From positions 101,929-165,928 of the forward strand of contig JANOTL010000109.1 in the NCBI GenBank assembly GCA_031416315.1: a stretch of 64,000 nucleotides of DNA, written 5' to 3'. Positions 19,101-31,100 of this stretch are shown piece after piece (within the stretch, counting starts at the first letter, position 1; each line of letters starts with the position of its first letter). The DNA comes from Pseudomonadota bacterium. GTDB taxonomy: Bacteria; Bdellovibrionota_B; Oligoflexia; Oligoflexales; CAIYRB01. Position numbers and translations under genes: made by a program. A model generated the notes under the pieces. It saw only the letters and a program-made list of their open reading frames with translations, had not been told where the DNA came from and did no database searches.

Positions 19101-22100
19101 CTGGGACTGGGGTCAAATCGTCGTTGACGATTTGGAGCTGCGTCGCTTCGTCGTAGATATGCGTCCCGTGCTTCGCGTAGTCGGTGACCTTCACGATCGA
19201 GCCGTTGAGCGGTGTGTTTTCCGACGTGGTCCGCGTGGCGTTGGCGGCAAGGAGGTGCTTCGAGACCGCGATCGTACCCGTTCCGGTCCCCGACCAGACT
19301 TCCCAAACGCTGACCTTGTAGTCGAAGGTGAGCGAGCCCTCAAAGTTGAGCGCCGGCATGATCTTCAGCGTCAGGATCTTGGTCACCTGATCGAAGGACG
19401 ATTCCTGGATCGAGCCGTTCTGCACGTTGAACGCGTCGATCTGAATGTTTTTGCCAGTGAAGTTCGCGTCGTCGGCGTAGGTGTAGCCCCAGACCGTGGA
19501 GCCGTTCTCGCGGCCTAGGTAAACGGTGATGGGCTCGTTAACCGAGGTCGTGAACTGAGCGGGGCTGGTGACGACCGGGGTCGCTTTGACCCAGAAGCGA
19601 TAGAGGCCGTCGGCGACGATGTAGGTGTTTCGGTTGCCGCTGTCATAGTGGAATGGATACGGGACACCGCGCGTGTGGTAGGTGCGCGAGTATGTGTCCC
19701 CGACGTACGCCTTCCACTTGAACTCGACTAATCCCCAGTCGAAGGTCGACGTCGTTTTGAAGTCGAAGGAACAGGTGCCGTTAGCATCGCAGTTGGTCGT
19801 TTCGCAGGCAAAGTCCACTGACGTCGTGCCGGAGCAGGTGACGCCCGAGCCCGTGATCGCCGCGGAAACAAAGGGCGATCGCAGGCGAGCCAAGGCTTCC
19901 GGGGCGAATCCGAAGACCTTGATCTTCGTCGCGTTGGCCGTAAAGCCGGTGGCTGTGTCTAACGGCGTGAAGTATTCGTGATCTTTGTAGTCGGTGACGG
20001 GGGCCGTGCCCCGCTTACGGAAGCTGATCACCTTGGTCGAGTTCTGGGCCACGTTCTCGATCATTTTTTCATTACGAATACATATGTAGTCAGGGTCGGT
20101 GTACAACGGCTCGTGCGGGCAGATGTTGCGCGTGGCGACCTTGGGAATGATGCGCGTAAAGAAGGTCTGGGTGTTGGTCGCACAGCCGAGGTCGTCGTAG
20201 CCGCGGAGGAGAACGGACGCATAGCTCAGCTGGTCGTCGTTGAAATCCGTCGGCGTGGCGAAGCCGGGGAGCGACCAGTCGAAGGTGCAGACACCGTTGA
20301 CGCAGACGGGCGTCGAGATCGTGCTGCCATAGGCATCGACGACCGTGATACTCGAAAGCGGACGACGCTCGGCTCCGGAGGCGGGGTAGTTGTAGTGATT
20401 GCCATTGGCGCCGACCGCGCCGATCGTGGTGCTGAACGTGGAGCCTTGGTCCGCGTTGCTGTTCAGGAAGACGTGAGGCTCGAGCTCGCCGGAGAGGAGG
20501 CAGCCCTGCCCGCCGCCGTTCAACGAGACCTTGAAGGTGATCTTCTTCCAGTCGCTTTTCGTGACCAGCTCGTTGTTGAAGAAGTGCGTGCCTTGTGGGG
20601 TCGAGTACGTGAGGTTCTCAGCCGACACGACGCGGTACCAGAAACCTGCCGAAGCCGGGTAGCTCGGGTACGTGGTCGCGGACTTGAATCCGCCCTGGCA
20701 GAAGCCGCTGCTGCAGACCATCGGGCCGTCCAACGTGCCGCCGGTCGGGGCCGGAGCGCCGTTCGTGCCGTCGCCGATCTCGATCGAGGTCGCCAAGTCG
20801 GAGCCCGGGTAGGGCCAACCCGAAGGAGCCCAGTGGTTGACCGCGAACGCGTCGTCCGGATCGATCGGAGCGATGCCCGGCTTCAGGATGAAGTTCTTGG
20901 TGGCGTTGCGCCCGAGGGTGAAGTCGGTTTCGTAATTGGCAACCGTGACGTCTGGGTCTTGGGTGCCGTGCACCGGCAAGTGCTCGTTGACGAAGGGGGT
21001 CGAGTCGCCGGAGGAGATGTAGATCGAGAGAGTCGACCACAATGGCTGCTCTTTCAGCACGCCGCCGTTATCCGTCGTCACCTTGTATTTGACGGTCGCG
21101 ACGTCGTTGACCTTCGTGCCGTTCGGCGTGAAATTTAGGGTGCAAGCACCGCTCGGGTCGCACTCGAAGGCGTCGTTGGCGTCCTTGCCAGAGGCATAGT
21201 TGAGCGTGCCGCCAACCAAGGTCGCAGGATCGATACGGACCTTTACGGCCTTGTCGTCGTCGACGTCATAGTAGCCGAAGCGCCAGTGCTCCCACCATCC
21301 CGGGTTACTGTCGAGGTTGCCGCGACGCGGGTTGTTGGCGGCTGCGGCGTTTATGTAAGGCTTGAGGACGATGTTCATGGGCGTGCCGACGCCGTTCGCA
21401 TAGAACGTGCCGGTCGAGAGCAAGGCGTCGGGGTGCGCGACGAAGAGATACTGGCGGTTCAGCATCAGCGTTTGCGCGTTGTCGCCGAACACCTGCGGTG
21501 CGTCATCGACCGCCGTGTAGGTCAGGGTCATGGTCTTGTTCGCGGACCAGAGGCCGTTGGCCTTCACTCGGTACGTGATGATCCCCTGGCCGGCCTTGTC
21601 GAAGGTCGGGGTAACGTTGACATTGCAGACGCCCGCCGGGTCGCAGCCGGTCTGCGCGGCGACTTGGAACATGGCGGCGTCAAAGCTGATGACCTCCACG
21701 TCGGTCGCGCGCATCGGATAGCCGTCCGGATCGCTCACGTAGGAGGCATTGATCTGTGTCGCTGTCCTATAGCCGTCGCTCGGCTGCAGGACGATCGTTG
21801 CGGTCGTATCCTCGAGCATCGTCTGGGTGATTGCGTCCGCGACGGGCGCCAAAGCTTCCTTGATATCGAACGTGATGACGCCCGTGTCAGTGCTCAAAGT
21901 GTTGGTATTGATCACATTGCTATGCGTCTTAAGCTTCCAGCTGATGAGGCGGGTGTCGTTGACGACGTCGACTGGAGGGGTCCAAGTCCACTTGCAAGCG
22001 GCCGTGCCGCAGGTACAGACGACATCGGGCGCGCTGACGGCACAGATCGTATTGTCACCACCGTTGGCGACGGAGACGCCGGAGAATGTGCCCGAGACGA

Positions 22101-25100
22101 GCGCGTTGCTGGCGTTCAGGAAGCGCAGCTCGACGACGTCGTCGTCGTTGGTGTCCTTGTACCATTTACCGTTGCCGCACGAGATGTTGTCGCGCGCCAT
22201 GGACGTCGGCTTCGGCTGGTTCTTGAAGACGATAAGGGTCTTGTCGCAAGGATCCGGAGGGTTGTCGTTGGGCTCGACGTGGATGCGCATCCACGTCGAC
22301 GTGTTGGTCAAAAGGTCCGACTTGACGTCGTCCACCGCGCCGCAGCCGCCGTTGAGGGTGCGACAAACTTGATACTGAAGGTCTACGTCGCCGTACCAGT
22401 AGGAGGTCGTGCGGAACGTGCCGGTCCATACGCCTGCCGAGATCGACTGGTCGACGATGGAGCCTTTGCTGGAGAAGTTGCCGGCGGGAGTGACGATCAG
22501 CAAGTCCTGCAGCGTCGCAACTTGGGGGTTGTCGGCCTGGGTGTACCCGTTTCCGAGCTCGATGCGCAGCGGAACGTCCGTGACCGGAATCAGGACGCCG
22601 TTAACTAGGACCTGCTGCTTGTCGAAGGCCCGGCCGGTGAGGGCGTGCTCGAAGACCTGCGAGACCGTGCCTGTCGCTTCGTCTGAAACCGAAGTGAAGT
22701 GCGTCGAGTCCGAGGAATGCGTGACGCGAACGCGATATTTGAAGGTCGAGTCACCGGTGTAGACCAACTTCGCCGGCGCGAAGCTCGCGGAGCAGATGCC
22801 CGTCGCGCAGCCCGTGACCGTTATCGTTCCCCAAGGCACGCCGGCCTTGTTCGGTTGCTGCGTGATCTCGATGTCGGTCGTGAGCTCCGGCAACAGTCCC
22901 CAAGGCGCGTCATACGCGTCGAACTCGACCTGAGCGGGAACCGCGGTGTTGGCGAACTTCAAGGGAACCGTACGGCCTTGGACCGTATTGAGCGTGAACG
23001 GCTTGGCAACGGTGCGCGGCATGATGATGATCGAGTACGTCGTCTCTTCGCTCGGGAAGGGTAGGTACTTGACCGCGTCGCCGACGACGGTCTTCAGCTT
23101 GAACGTGGCAGCTGCCGTCGTGTTATCACCCGAGACGTTATTCGAGTCCGGAACGAAGTCGGCATAACAATTGTCGCCGGCGCAGGAGAAGTTGCTGGAG
23201 AAGGAGCCGCCGGTCTGGCTGACGACGAGGATCTTGGCCGGGTTCGCGTGCGTCCCGGCACGGCTGTGGGTGTAGTCGATGCCTTTTTTCACGACGATGC
23301 GCATCTGCTCGCCGGCCGGCTTCGTCACGTCGCCGATGCCTTCGACCCAGCGGAGCTCGCGGGTTGCGGCTGTACGAATCGGGCGGGGGAAGACATCGAG
23401 GTTGTAGACGCCGACTGGCGTAGTCGACCACACGGTTCCGTGGGCGGCAGTGGTAGCGACCACGTAGTCAAACTGCGTGTAGCTGGTCGGATCGGTTGTG
23501 AAGAAGCCGTCGTTCGGAGTGAAATTGGCGGAGCATACCCCAGAACCAGTGCAGCTCCAGCCGCTGAGGGTGCCGTCGGGGGTCAAAGTCAACGAGCCAG
23601 GCCGCGCCCAAAAGGAGCCTGGATCGGATAGGAGATGTGTATAGCCAGAGTTCAAGCTCACCGAGACCGCCGTCGTGACGGGCGAGCCCGCTGGGCCTGC
23701 CTCGACGACCGCCGTTTTCGTCGTCGCCTTGGCGCGCGGGTAGAAGTAGACGGCTGAAGTGCCAAGTATGTGCGACTCGAAGTTGTTCACGTCGCGCACG
23801 TGGTAGGTGAAACTGGCGTTCGTCGCGAACGACCCGCCGGAGAGCGGTGTGACGTTGACGTCGCAGACGTTCGCAACGCAACTTTGCCACGTGCCGCTGC
23901 CGGCGATCGTCGCGTTGTTGACCGAGGCGACTTTGTACTGCGAGATCGTGTGGCCGAGAGTATGCTCAAAGCCGCCGACGCTGGTACCGCCGGTTCCGGA
24001 CGCGATCGAGACGACCTTGACGACGTCCTCTTCGCCTTCGTTGGCGCCCGCCGGGTAGTTGCGCGAGTTGGCGAGAACGCGCGGCGTCATCGTGATGGTG
24101 ACGGTGCTCGCGTTCATGGCGGCCAACGGTGTGATGCCGTCGGCTTCGACGTAGCTCAGATCGCGCGTCCGGAAGGTAAAGCCGCCGGAGAGATTGCCTT
24201 CGCCGTCAGCCCAAGCGCGTGGCGTGAAGCGGATGATGCAATCGCCGCTGCTGCAAGGACAATGGAGCTCTGTGCCGGCTACCGTACAGCTCAGGTCCGA
24301 GCCGCCAATGCTCGTGCGGTACTTGACCGTATCGCTAAGCGCATTGGAGATGTTCGTGATCACGACGCTGCCCGCGTCGTGGTCGTCTTGGTGCGTGTAG
24401 CCGAGGCCCGCGCCGCGACTGATCACGATGTTGATCGCCGTGCCTTCGGTCGTGGACGCGGTCAAGTTTTGCGTGCGATGTCGCGGCACGAAGGTGACGC
24501 TACCAGATGAAGCAGTGTCCTGAGTGACGCCGTTGACCGTTACTTTTGTCGTGAACGTGACGACCTGCGCGGTAGTGCTCAAAAGTTTGACCGTGCACAC
24601 GCCGGTCCCGCTGTTACAAGTCGGCGGTTCGGCAAGGGAAGCGCCGCCGCTGATGTTTTCGACCGCGATGGTGTCTGCGTAGTGCTGGGTACCGTGGACG
24701 TTTGCCTCGTTGTTCGGGAACACATAGCCGCATTGCGTGACGGCGCCGGCCGGGCAGAGTCCGGAAACTCTGTTTCTAACTTGAAAGGTATAGGTTTCGT
24801 TCTCGATCGCGTTCCCAAAGCTTATGTTGTCGGGCTTTGGCAGCGGGCGGAAGTAAACGTAGCCGATGCCATAGAGCTGGCTCGTGGGCGGTTTTACAGT
24901 CTTCGTCTCGATAAAATGCTCGATTTGGTACTTGAAGCGTGCCCAGCCCCAGCGCTGATTCGTGCCAGGGCTGCCGCCCGGGCCATAGTCGCTCGCAAGA
25001 AATGAACCCGTTGATATCGGGGACAGATCAATCCGGCAATTCCCGGTGCTCGAGTCGCATAAGGTTGCGTCGTTCTCGATCGTCGGGCCGTCGAGGTTGG

Positions 25101-28100
25101 CGTTGTTCACGTAACCGCTGACGTTGTTCTTCTTGAAATAGATCGTTGTCGCTTTCGTATTTTCGGCGTGCGTGTAGCCATTGCCCAAAGACGCAATGAA
25201 TGGGTAGAGGGTCCCTTCGACGCCGTCGTAGCGGATGACGCGGGCTTCCGAGGCTGAAGGATTGAGCGGCTGCGGAATCAAATCGAACGTGACGGTCGAC
25301 CAGTTGGACCAGACGATCTTCCCTCCCGTAAAGCTCGTGTCATTAACGCCGATCGCATACTGGATTGAAGCTTCCTCGGCATCAGTTTGACGGTTGTAGT
25401 TGGCTTCAGGTTTGATACGGACCGTACAGATTTTGCTCGGACACTGGACGCCATCCACAGGCGTCGGATTGCAGTCGGTGGTCACGCCCCCGGCATAGCA
25501 CGACACGTGTTCTGGGTTTTGGTACCTGACGTAGACATCTGCCGCGGCGTTGCCAAACCAGGTGTCGTCTTGGTAGGTGAAGCCGTTGTTGCGCTGGACA
25601 GTGAAGGTGAAATACTCAGCGTTATTGGCATTTTCGACCTGCGTGACCGTCTGCGTCGCTGGCACGACCGGCTTAGCGCGGAGGTTGTAGCGAACGCGAG
25701 CGGTGCCACCCGACGATACTGATGACGGGCTTAGCGCGGCGTAGTTTGTGCGTACCGAGTATTCGAGGAAGACCTGATTCGCTGCGCTTCGCGTGGAGTA
25801 AGCCCCGTATTCCGCGCTCGACGCGCCAATCTTGGGCGTGAACATGGCATTGCAGCCAGATGCATCGCAGGTCCAAGAGCCCACGGAGCTGCTGGTCGAC
25901 GGCGTTGCGTCGACGCCTTCGAGAGGGTCGGACCACGCGTGGGTGTAGCCGAGGTTCGCGCCAATCGCTAGGTTGACGGCCGTCGGCTCGCCTTCGACGA
26001 CGACCTTCTCCGTCGTGCCATAGCTCGCCACCGGCTTCGGATAGACAACCACGTTGGCGCGACCGACGTTCTCCGATTGCACGATGCGCGGGTCGGAGCC
26101 CGGCTCTTTCACTTCGGGCTTGAACGTAAAGTACGCGCCGAGGGTCGGATCGGTGCGCGCGCCTGGCGGCGACGAAGTGCCGGCGCTCGGCGAGATGGCG
26201 GCGTCGCAATAGGCGGAGCCCGCCGGACACGTGAAGTCGGTCGTCGCCACGGAGGTGAGGCCAGATTGTGCTTGAATCACGATCCGGTTCGGGCTGTGGC
26301 CGCGCTTGTGCGTAAAGCCTAGGTTCGCGCCGCCCTCGATGCCGCGTTCGATTCGGATCGATTTCGCCGTGTCCTGAACGGTGTACCAGGTCGTGTTCGT
26401 GGCGTCCGGCTTCGGATAGACGTCGACGGTGACCGTCTTCAGCGCGGTTTCAACGTATTGGTTGCCGGTCTGGGCGACTGGCAACAGTGTGTCGGTGAGG
26501 CGCATTTTGAACTTGAACGTCGCAGTGCCGTCGCGGAAGCCCGTATCCGGACGGAACTTGCCGACGCAAAGGCCCGAGGCGTCGCACGTGGGGGCAGGGG
26601 AAGGCAGGATGACGCCGTTACCGCCGCCCACGTCAGTCGTCAAGATTCCGTTCGGCGCGCTAGCCGCGGTCGCGAGAACGGTCGCGTACGATGCCGGGAA
26701 CGTATAGCCCTGGTCGGCGCCGTTGGCGATTTGCCAATCGAGATCGGTGCCTTCGATCGCCTTGAAGTGGCGGTTGGTGGCGTGGCTCAGGTCTTGGCCA
26801 ACCGGGACCGGACGAACGGCGACGTCGATCGTGTCGACGTTCGAAGTGAAGGGCGTGCCCATGACCTGGTCGACGACGCGAACCTTGTAACCGAAGCTAC
26901 TGGTACCAATTTGGTTCGCGACCGGCACGAAGGTCGCGTCGCATTTTTTCGTGCCGCCGGTGGTCGTGCAGCCGAAACCGCTTAGAGCGCCCAAGTTCGA
27001 ATCGAGCGCCGGCGAATCGAGAACGATGGACTGAGGATGCACATCGTACGAGTTGTCTAGGTAATAGCCTTTCAAATCACCGAGCGAAGTGCCGCGCGAA
27101 ATCGAGAGGGTCTGGCCCGCGTCGTTCTCGCGGATGGCCCAGGTCGCGGCGAGGCCGTTGGCGATTGGAATCGGACGCACGTCGAGCGTGAACGTCGCGA
27201 GGTTCGAGACGATGCTTTCGCCGAGATAGCTGTCGTCTATGGTCACTTTGAAATCGAACGAAGCGGCGCCGTGATAATCCGTGGTCGGTCTGAATACGAC
27301 CGTGCAGGTGCCGTACGTCGGGCTGCCGACCGTAATGTCGCAGCTCGGCGCGCCGAAGATCGTGCCCGCGGTCTCACCAGTGACCGTGATCGAGACGGCG
27401 CCTTTGCCGAAGTCGTTATCCGCCGCCGCGAGTGCGCGGGCATAGCCGACCGGCACGCCGACGAGGTGGATCTTGGCCGAATAATCGGTGTTTTCGGCGA
27501 AAGCGGCGGAGAGCGCGTTGGCGACCGGGAGCGGCCGCACCTTGATCGTCGCCGTTCCCGCGGTCGGGGACGTGAGCTCACGCGGGGTCGGCGAGAAGGC
27601 GGCGTCCTCGGTGACGATGTTGTACTGGAAGGTCGCGTCGCCCGAGTAGCCATTGGCCGGCTTCACAGGCACCGTGCACTGGCCGTTCACGGCGCAGGAG
27701 ATCACGCAGTCGGTCGCCTGCGAGCAGCTGCCGATCGACTCGAGCTTGGAGAGCTGCCAGCTACCGCCGACGATCACGATCTTTTTGGCGTTGTGGTCGT
27801 AGGTGTGGGTGTAGCCGTCGCCGCGCGCGATGATGAAGTCCTTCGCGACGGTCACGTTTTGCTTCACCGCGCCGAGAAAGCTCGTGGTCTTTGGCTTCGG
27901 ACGGTACTCGATCTTGACGGTGCCGGAGGTCGGCGCCTCGAGGTCCCCGACGATGTCGTTGTTGACCCCGGGGTTGGCCTTCGTCGGGTCATTGACCGTG
28001 ACGAAGTAGCTCAAGACGGCGTCGTGGTCGGCCGCGGTCGGCGCGAAGCTGTTCGTCGGGTCGAAGGTCGCGGTGCAGTCGCCGCCGGAGGCGCAGACGA

Positions 28101-31100
28101 AAGCGGTCGTCAAGCCGTGCGTCTCGGACGCGAGGCGGATCGACTTGCCGTCGTAGTAGGGGTGCCAGTACTCCTTGTCCGTGGCGTTGGCGCCGCGGCG
28201 CAGGACGACCGTGTGGTCTTCCCCTTCCGCGGCCATCATGTTGATGACGGCGGTGTTGGCGCGCGGGCGCTTGCGGACGTTGACCTTCAGCGTGCCGGTG
28301 CTGTCGGAGACGGCGATCCCGCTTTCCGGCGTCTGGATCGAGACCTTGTAGTTGATGGTCGGGCAATTGGTGCCGCCGGCGTCGCAGCCGTTGTCGACGG
28401 CGCTCGTCGTAGAGTAGTGGTCAGTCGCGCCGACGAAGGTGCCGTCGCAAGAGCCGGCGACGCAAGAGAGCGTGCAATCGTCGCCGACGCAAGCGACCGC
28501 GCTCGAGCCCTGGCCGACGATGCCGCCGAACGGCGAGGCCTTGTTGGTGAAGACGCGCGAGGCGCCGTCACCGCCGCCGTTCGTGAAGATGATCGAAGCC
28601 GGCGCGCGGTCCAAGTCGTGCGTCAAACCGGTGTTCAACGCGAGACGCACGCTCTTGTCGGTGTTCTCGATGGCCACGATGTCGAGCTTTGCGGCGGCAC
28701 GCGGCTTCGGATAGTAGTAGACGTAGGCCGTTGCCGGCGTCGACCAGATGTTTATGGTGGCGACCGGGTTGACGGTGTCGACTGGCACGAGGACTTGATA
28801 CGTGACCTCCGCCCAGCCGAAGGTCTTGCCGGCGTTGGTCGTCTTGCCGACTACGTCCGCGAACGCCGTCGCGATCGGGGTCAGCGTCAGCGGACAGGCG
28901 CCTCCGGTGCAAGCCGTGTCGCCTACGGCCGGAGTCGAGAGGTTGGTGCTGGAGAGGACGCGGATCTGCGTCGCGTTGCCGCCGACTTCGGCATGGGTGT
29001 AACCGCCCAGAGTGCTCCGGCCGATGCTCATCGCGTAAGGGGTGGTCTCGATCCCGTCGGGGTCGGCGGAGAAGGTGACGCCGCGCGCCTTCGGCAAGAG
29101 GCGGAACTCCATCGTCGACGGGGTCGACCATTTCTCGACGTTCCCGGCCGGGCCGTCGAGAACCATCACTTGGTACTCGATTTTGGCGACGCCGCCGTCG
29201 GTGGTGGTGAGGCTACGGTGGAAGTCCGTCTCCGGAATGAAGGTCGGCGTCGGGCAGATGCCGTTGCCGTCGCAGATTAGTTCGCCGCAGCCGCCGTCGC
29301 AGGTCATGTGCGACGAGGCTGGCGCGCGGAAGATGATCTTCGCGGCCTTGCGGTTGGCGGAGTCGCCGTACGTGTAGCCGGCGCCGAGCTGGATCGTGAT
29401 GCCGTTGATCGGCTCGTTCTCGACGAAGGTGTTGTACTGGGTGACCGCGGGCACTTTCGGCGTCGCGCGGACGTTGAAGGTGACGCGGCCTTGGGTCGTC
29501 CCCGACCAGACCTCGGTGGTCGTCGACGCGCTTTCGGAGGTCGCAGGGCTGGTGAATTTCGTCTGGACCTTGTAGTCGAAGCTCGCCTGGTCGGCGCCGT
29601 AGGGGCCGCCGTCTTTGGCGCGGAAAGTCGCGGTACAGACGCCGCCGGTGTCGCACGTGTAGGGAGTCGTGATCGCGCTGCCGGCGGTGACCGTCGTGAC
29701 GTCGATCGCCGTGGCCGGGTCGGTCCATTTGTGGGTGTAGCCGGTACCGGTCCCTTGGGTGAGGGTGACCGAGGCTTGCTCGCCCTCGAAGATGATCAGG
29801 TTCTTTTTGCCGGAATCGCTCGGGACCGGCTTCGGATAGACCGTGAGCGAGGCTCTGGCCGCGACGTTCGCCTGCGCGCTGCGCGGCGAGACGCCGATCT
29901 CGCGCACGGTCGGCTTGAACTCGAAGAAGGCGGCGGCGGCGGGGAGCGCCGAGTTGGAGGAGAAGCCGGACGCCGGCGTGACCGTCGTCGTACAGGCATC
30001 GCCAGTACAGGTGAAATTTAGGGCAACCGAGGTGTCGATGTTGCCCGTGCTGGTGATCTCGATGCCGATCGGATCGTCGTCGCGCGGGTGCGTGAAGCCC
30101 GAAGCCGCGCCGCGCTTGACGGTCACGCTGCGCGCCTCTCCCTCGATGGTATAGCGCGTGAAGCTGTTGGCGACCGGCTTCGGATAGACGTCGACGGAGG
30201 CGGTCTTCCGCGCCGAGGTGATGAGCTGGATCGCGGGTGGCAAGGTCGAATCGGAGACCGCGACCTGGAAGTCGAACTTGGCCTCGTCGGCGATGCCGGT
30301 GGTGAAGTATCCAGGCTCCGGGTTGAAGACGCCCGTGCAGACGGAGGTCGTGCAGCCCAAGCCGCAGGCCTCGGTCGCGCAGATCGCGCCGGCCGCGACC
30401 GTGCCGTGGCCGTCGGTGACGCGGTCGAAGGTGGCGATGTTGAGGGAACTCATGGGGGACGAATAGGCCGCGTCGGTCGGGTAGGTGTAGCCGCTCGTGG
30501 CGCCGTTGGCGACTTTCCACGTGAGGGCCTGGTCCTCGACCGTGCGGAAGATCGGGTTCGACGTGTAGCTCACGTCGAAGGCGCGGACGATTGGGCGAAC
30601 TTCTAGGTTGATCGTCGCCTCGTTGGAGGCGAGGGGCCCCAGGTCACCGTCGTTGACGAGGACCTTGTACTTGAAGTCGGTGAGGCCGAACTGGTTCGCG
30701 GCCGGGGTGAAGGTTGAGAAACAGCGCTTCGGCGAGTCGCTGCCGGTCGTGCACGAGAAGCCGCCGACGGCGAAGGCGCCGCGCGAGGTCGCGGGAGCCT
30801 GCGTCAGGTCGATCGACTGCGGGTGGATATCATACTCGGCGGCCACGAGGTTCGGGTACCAGTAGCCGAGCTTGTCCGACTCGAGGGCCCCGAGCTGCAG
30901 GTCCAACACGCGCGCGAAGTTCTCTTTCGTCGTCCAGGTCGAGGCGAAGCCAGTCGCATCGGGGACCGGGCGAATGCGCACGGTGATCGACTTCGGATCC
31001 GACCAGAGGTCGCGGTTCAAGACGGTGTCGCGCACGGAGAGGGTGTAGCTCGTCAGGGACGTGCCGAAGGCCTCGGCGGTCGGCTGGAACGTACCGATGC

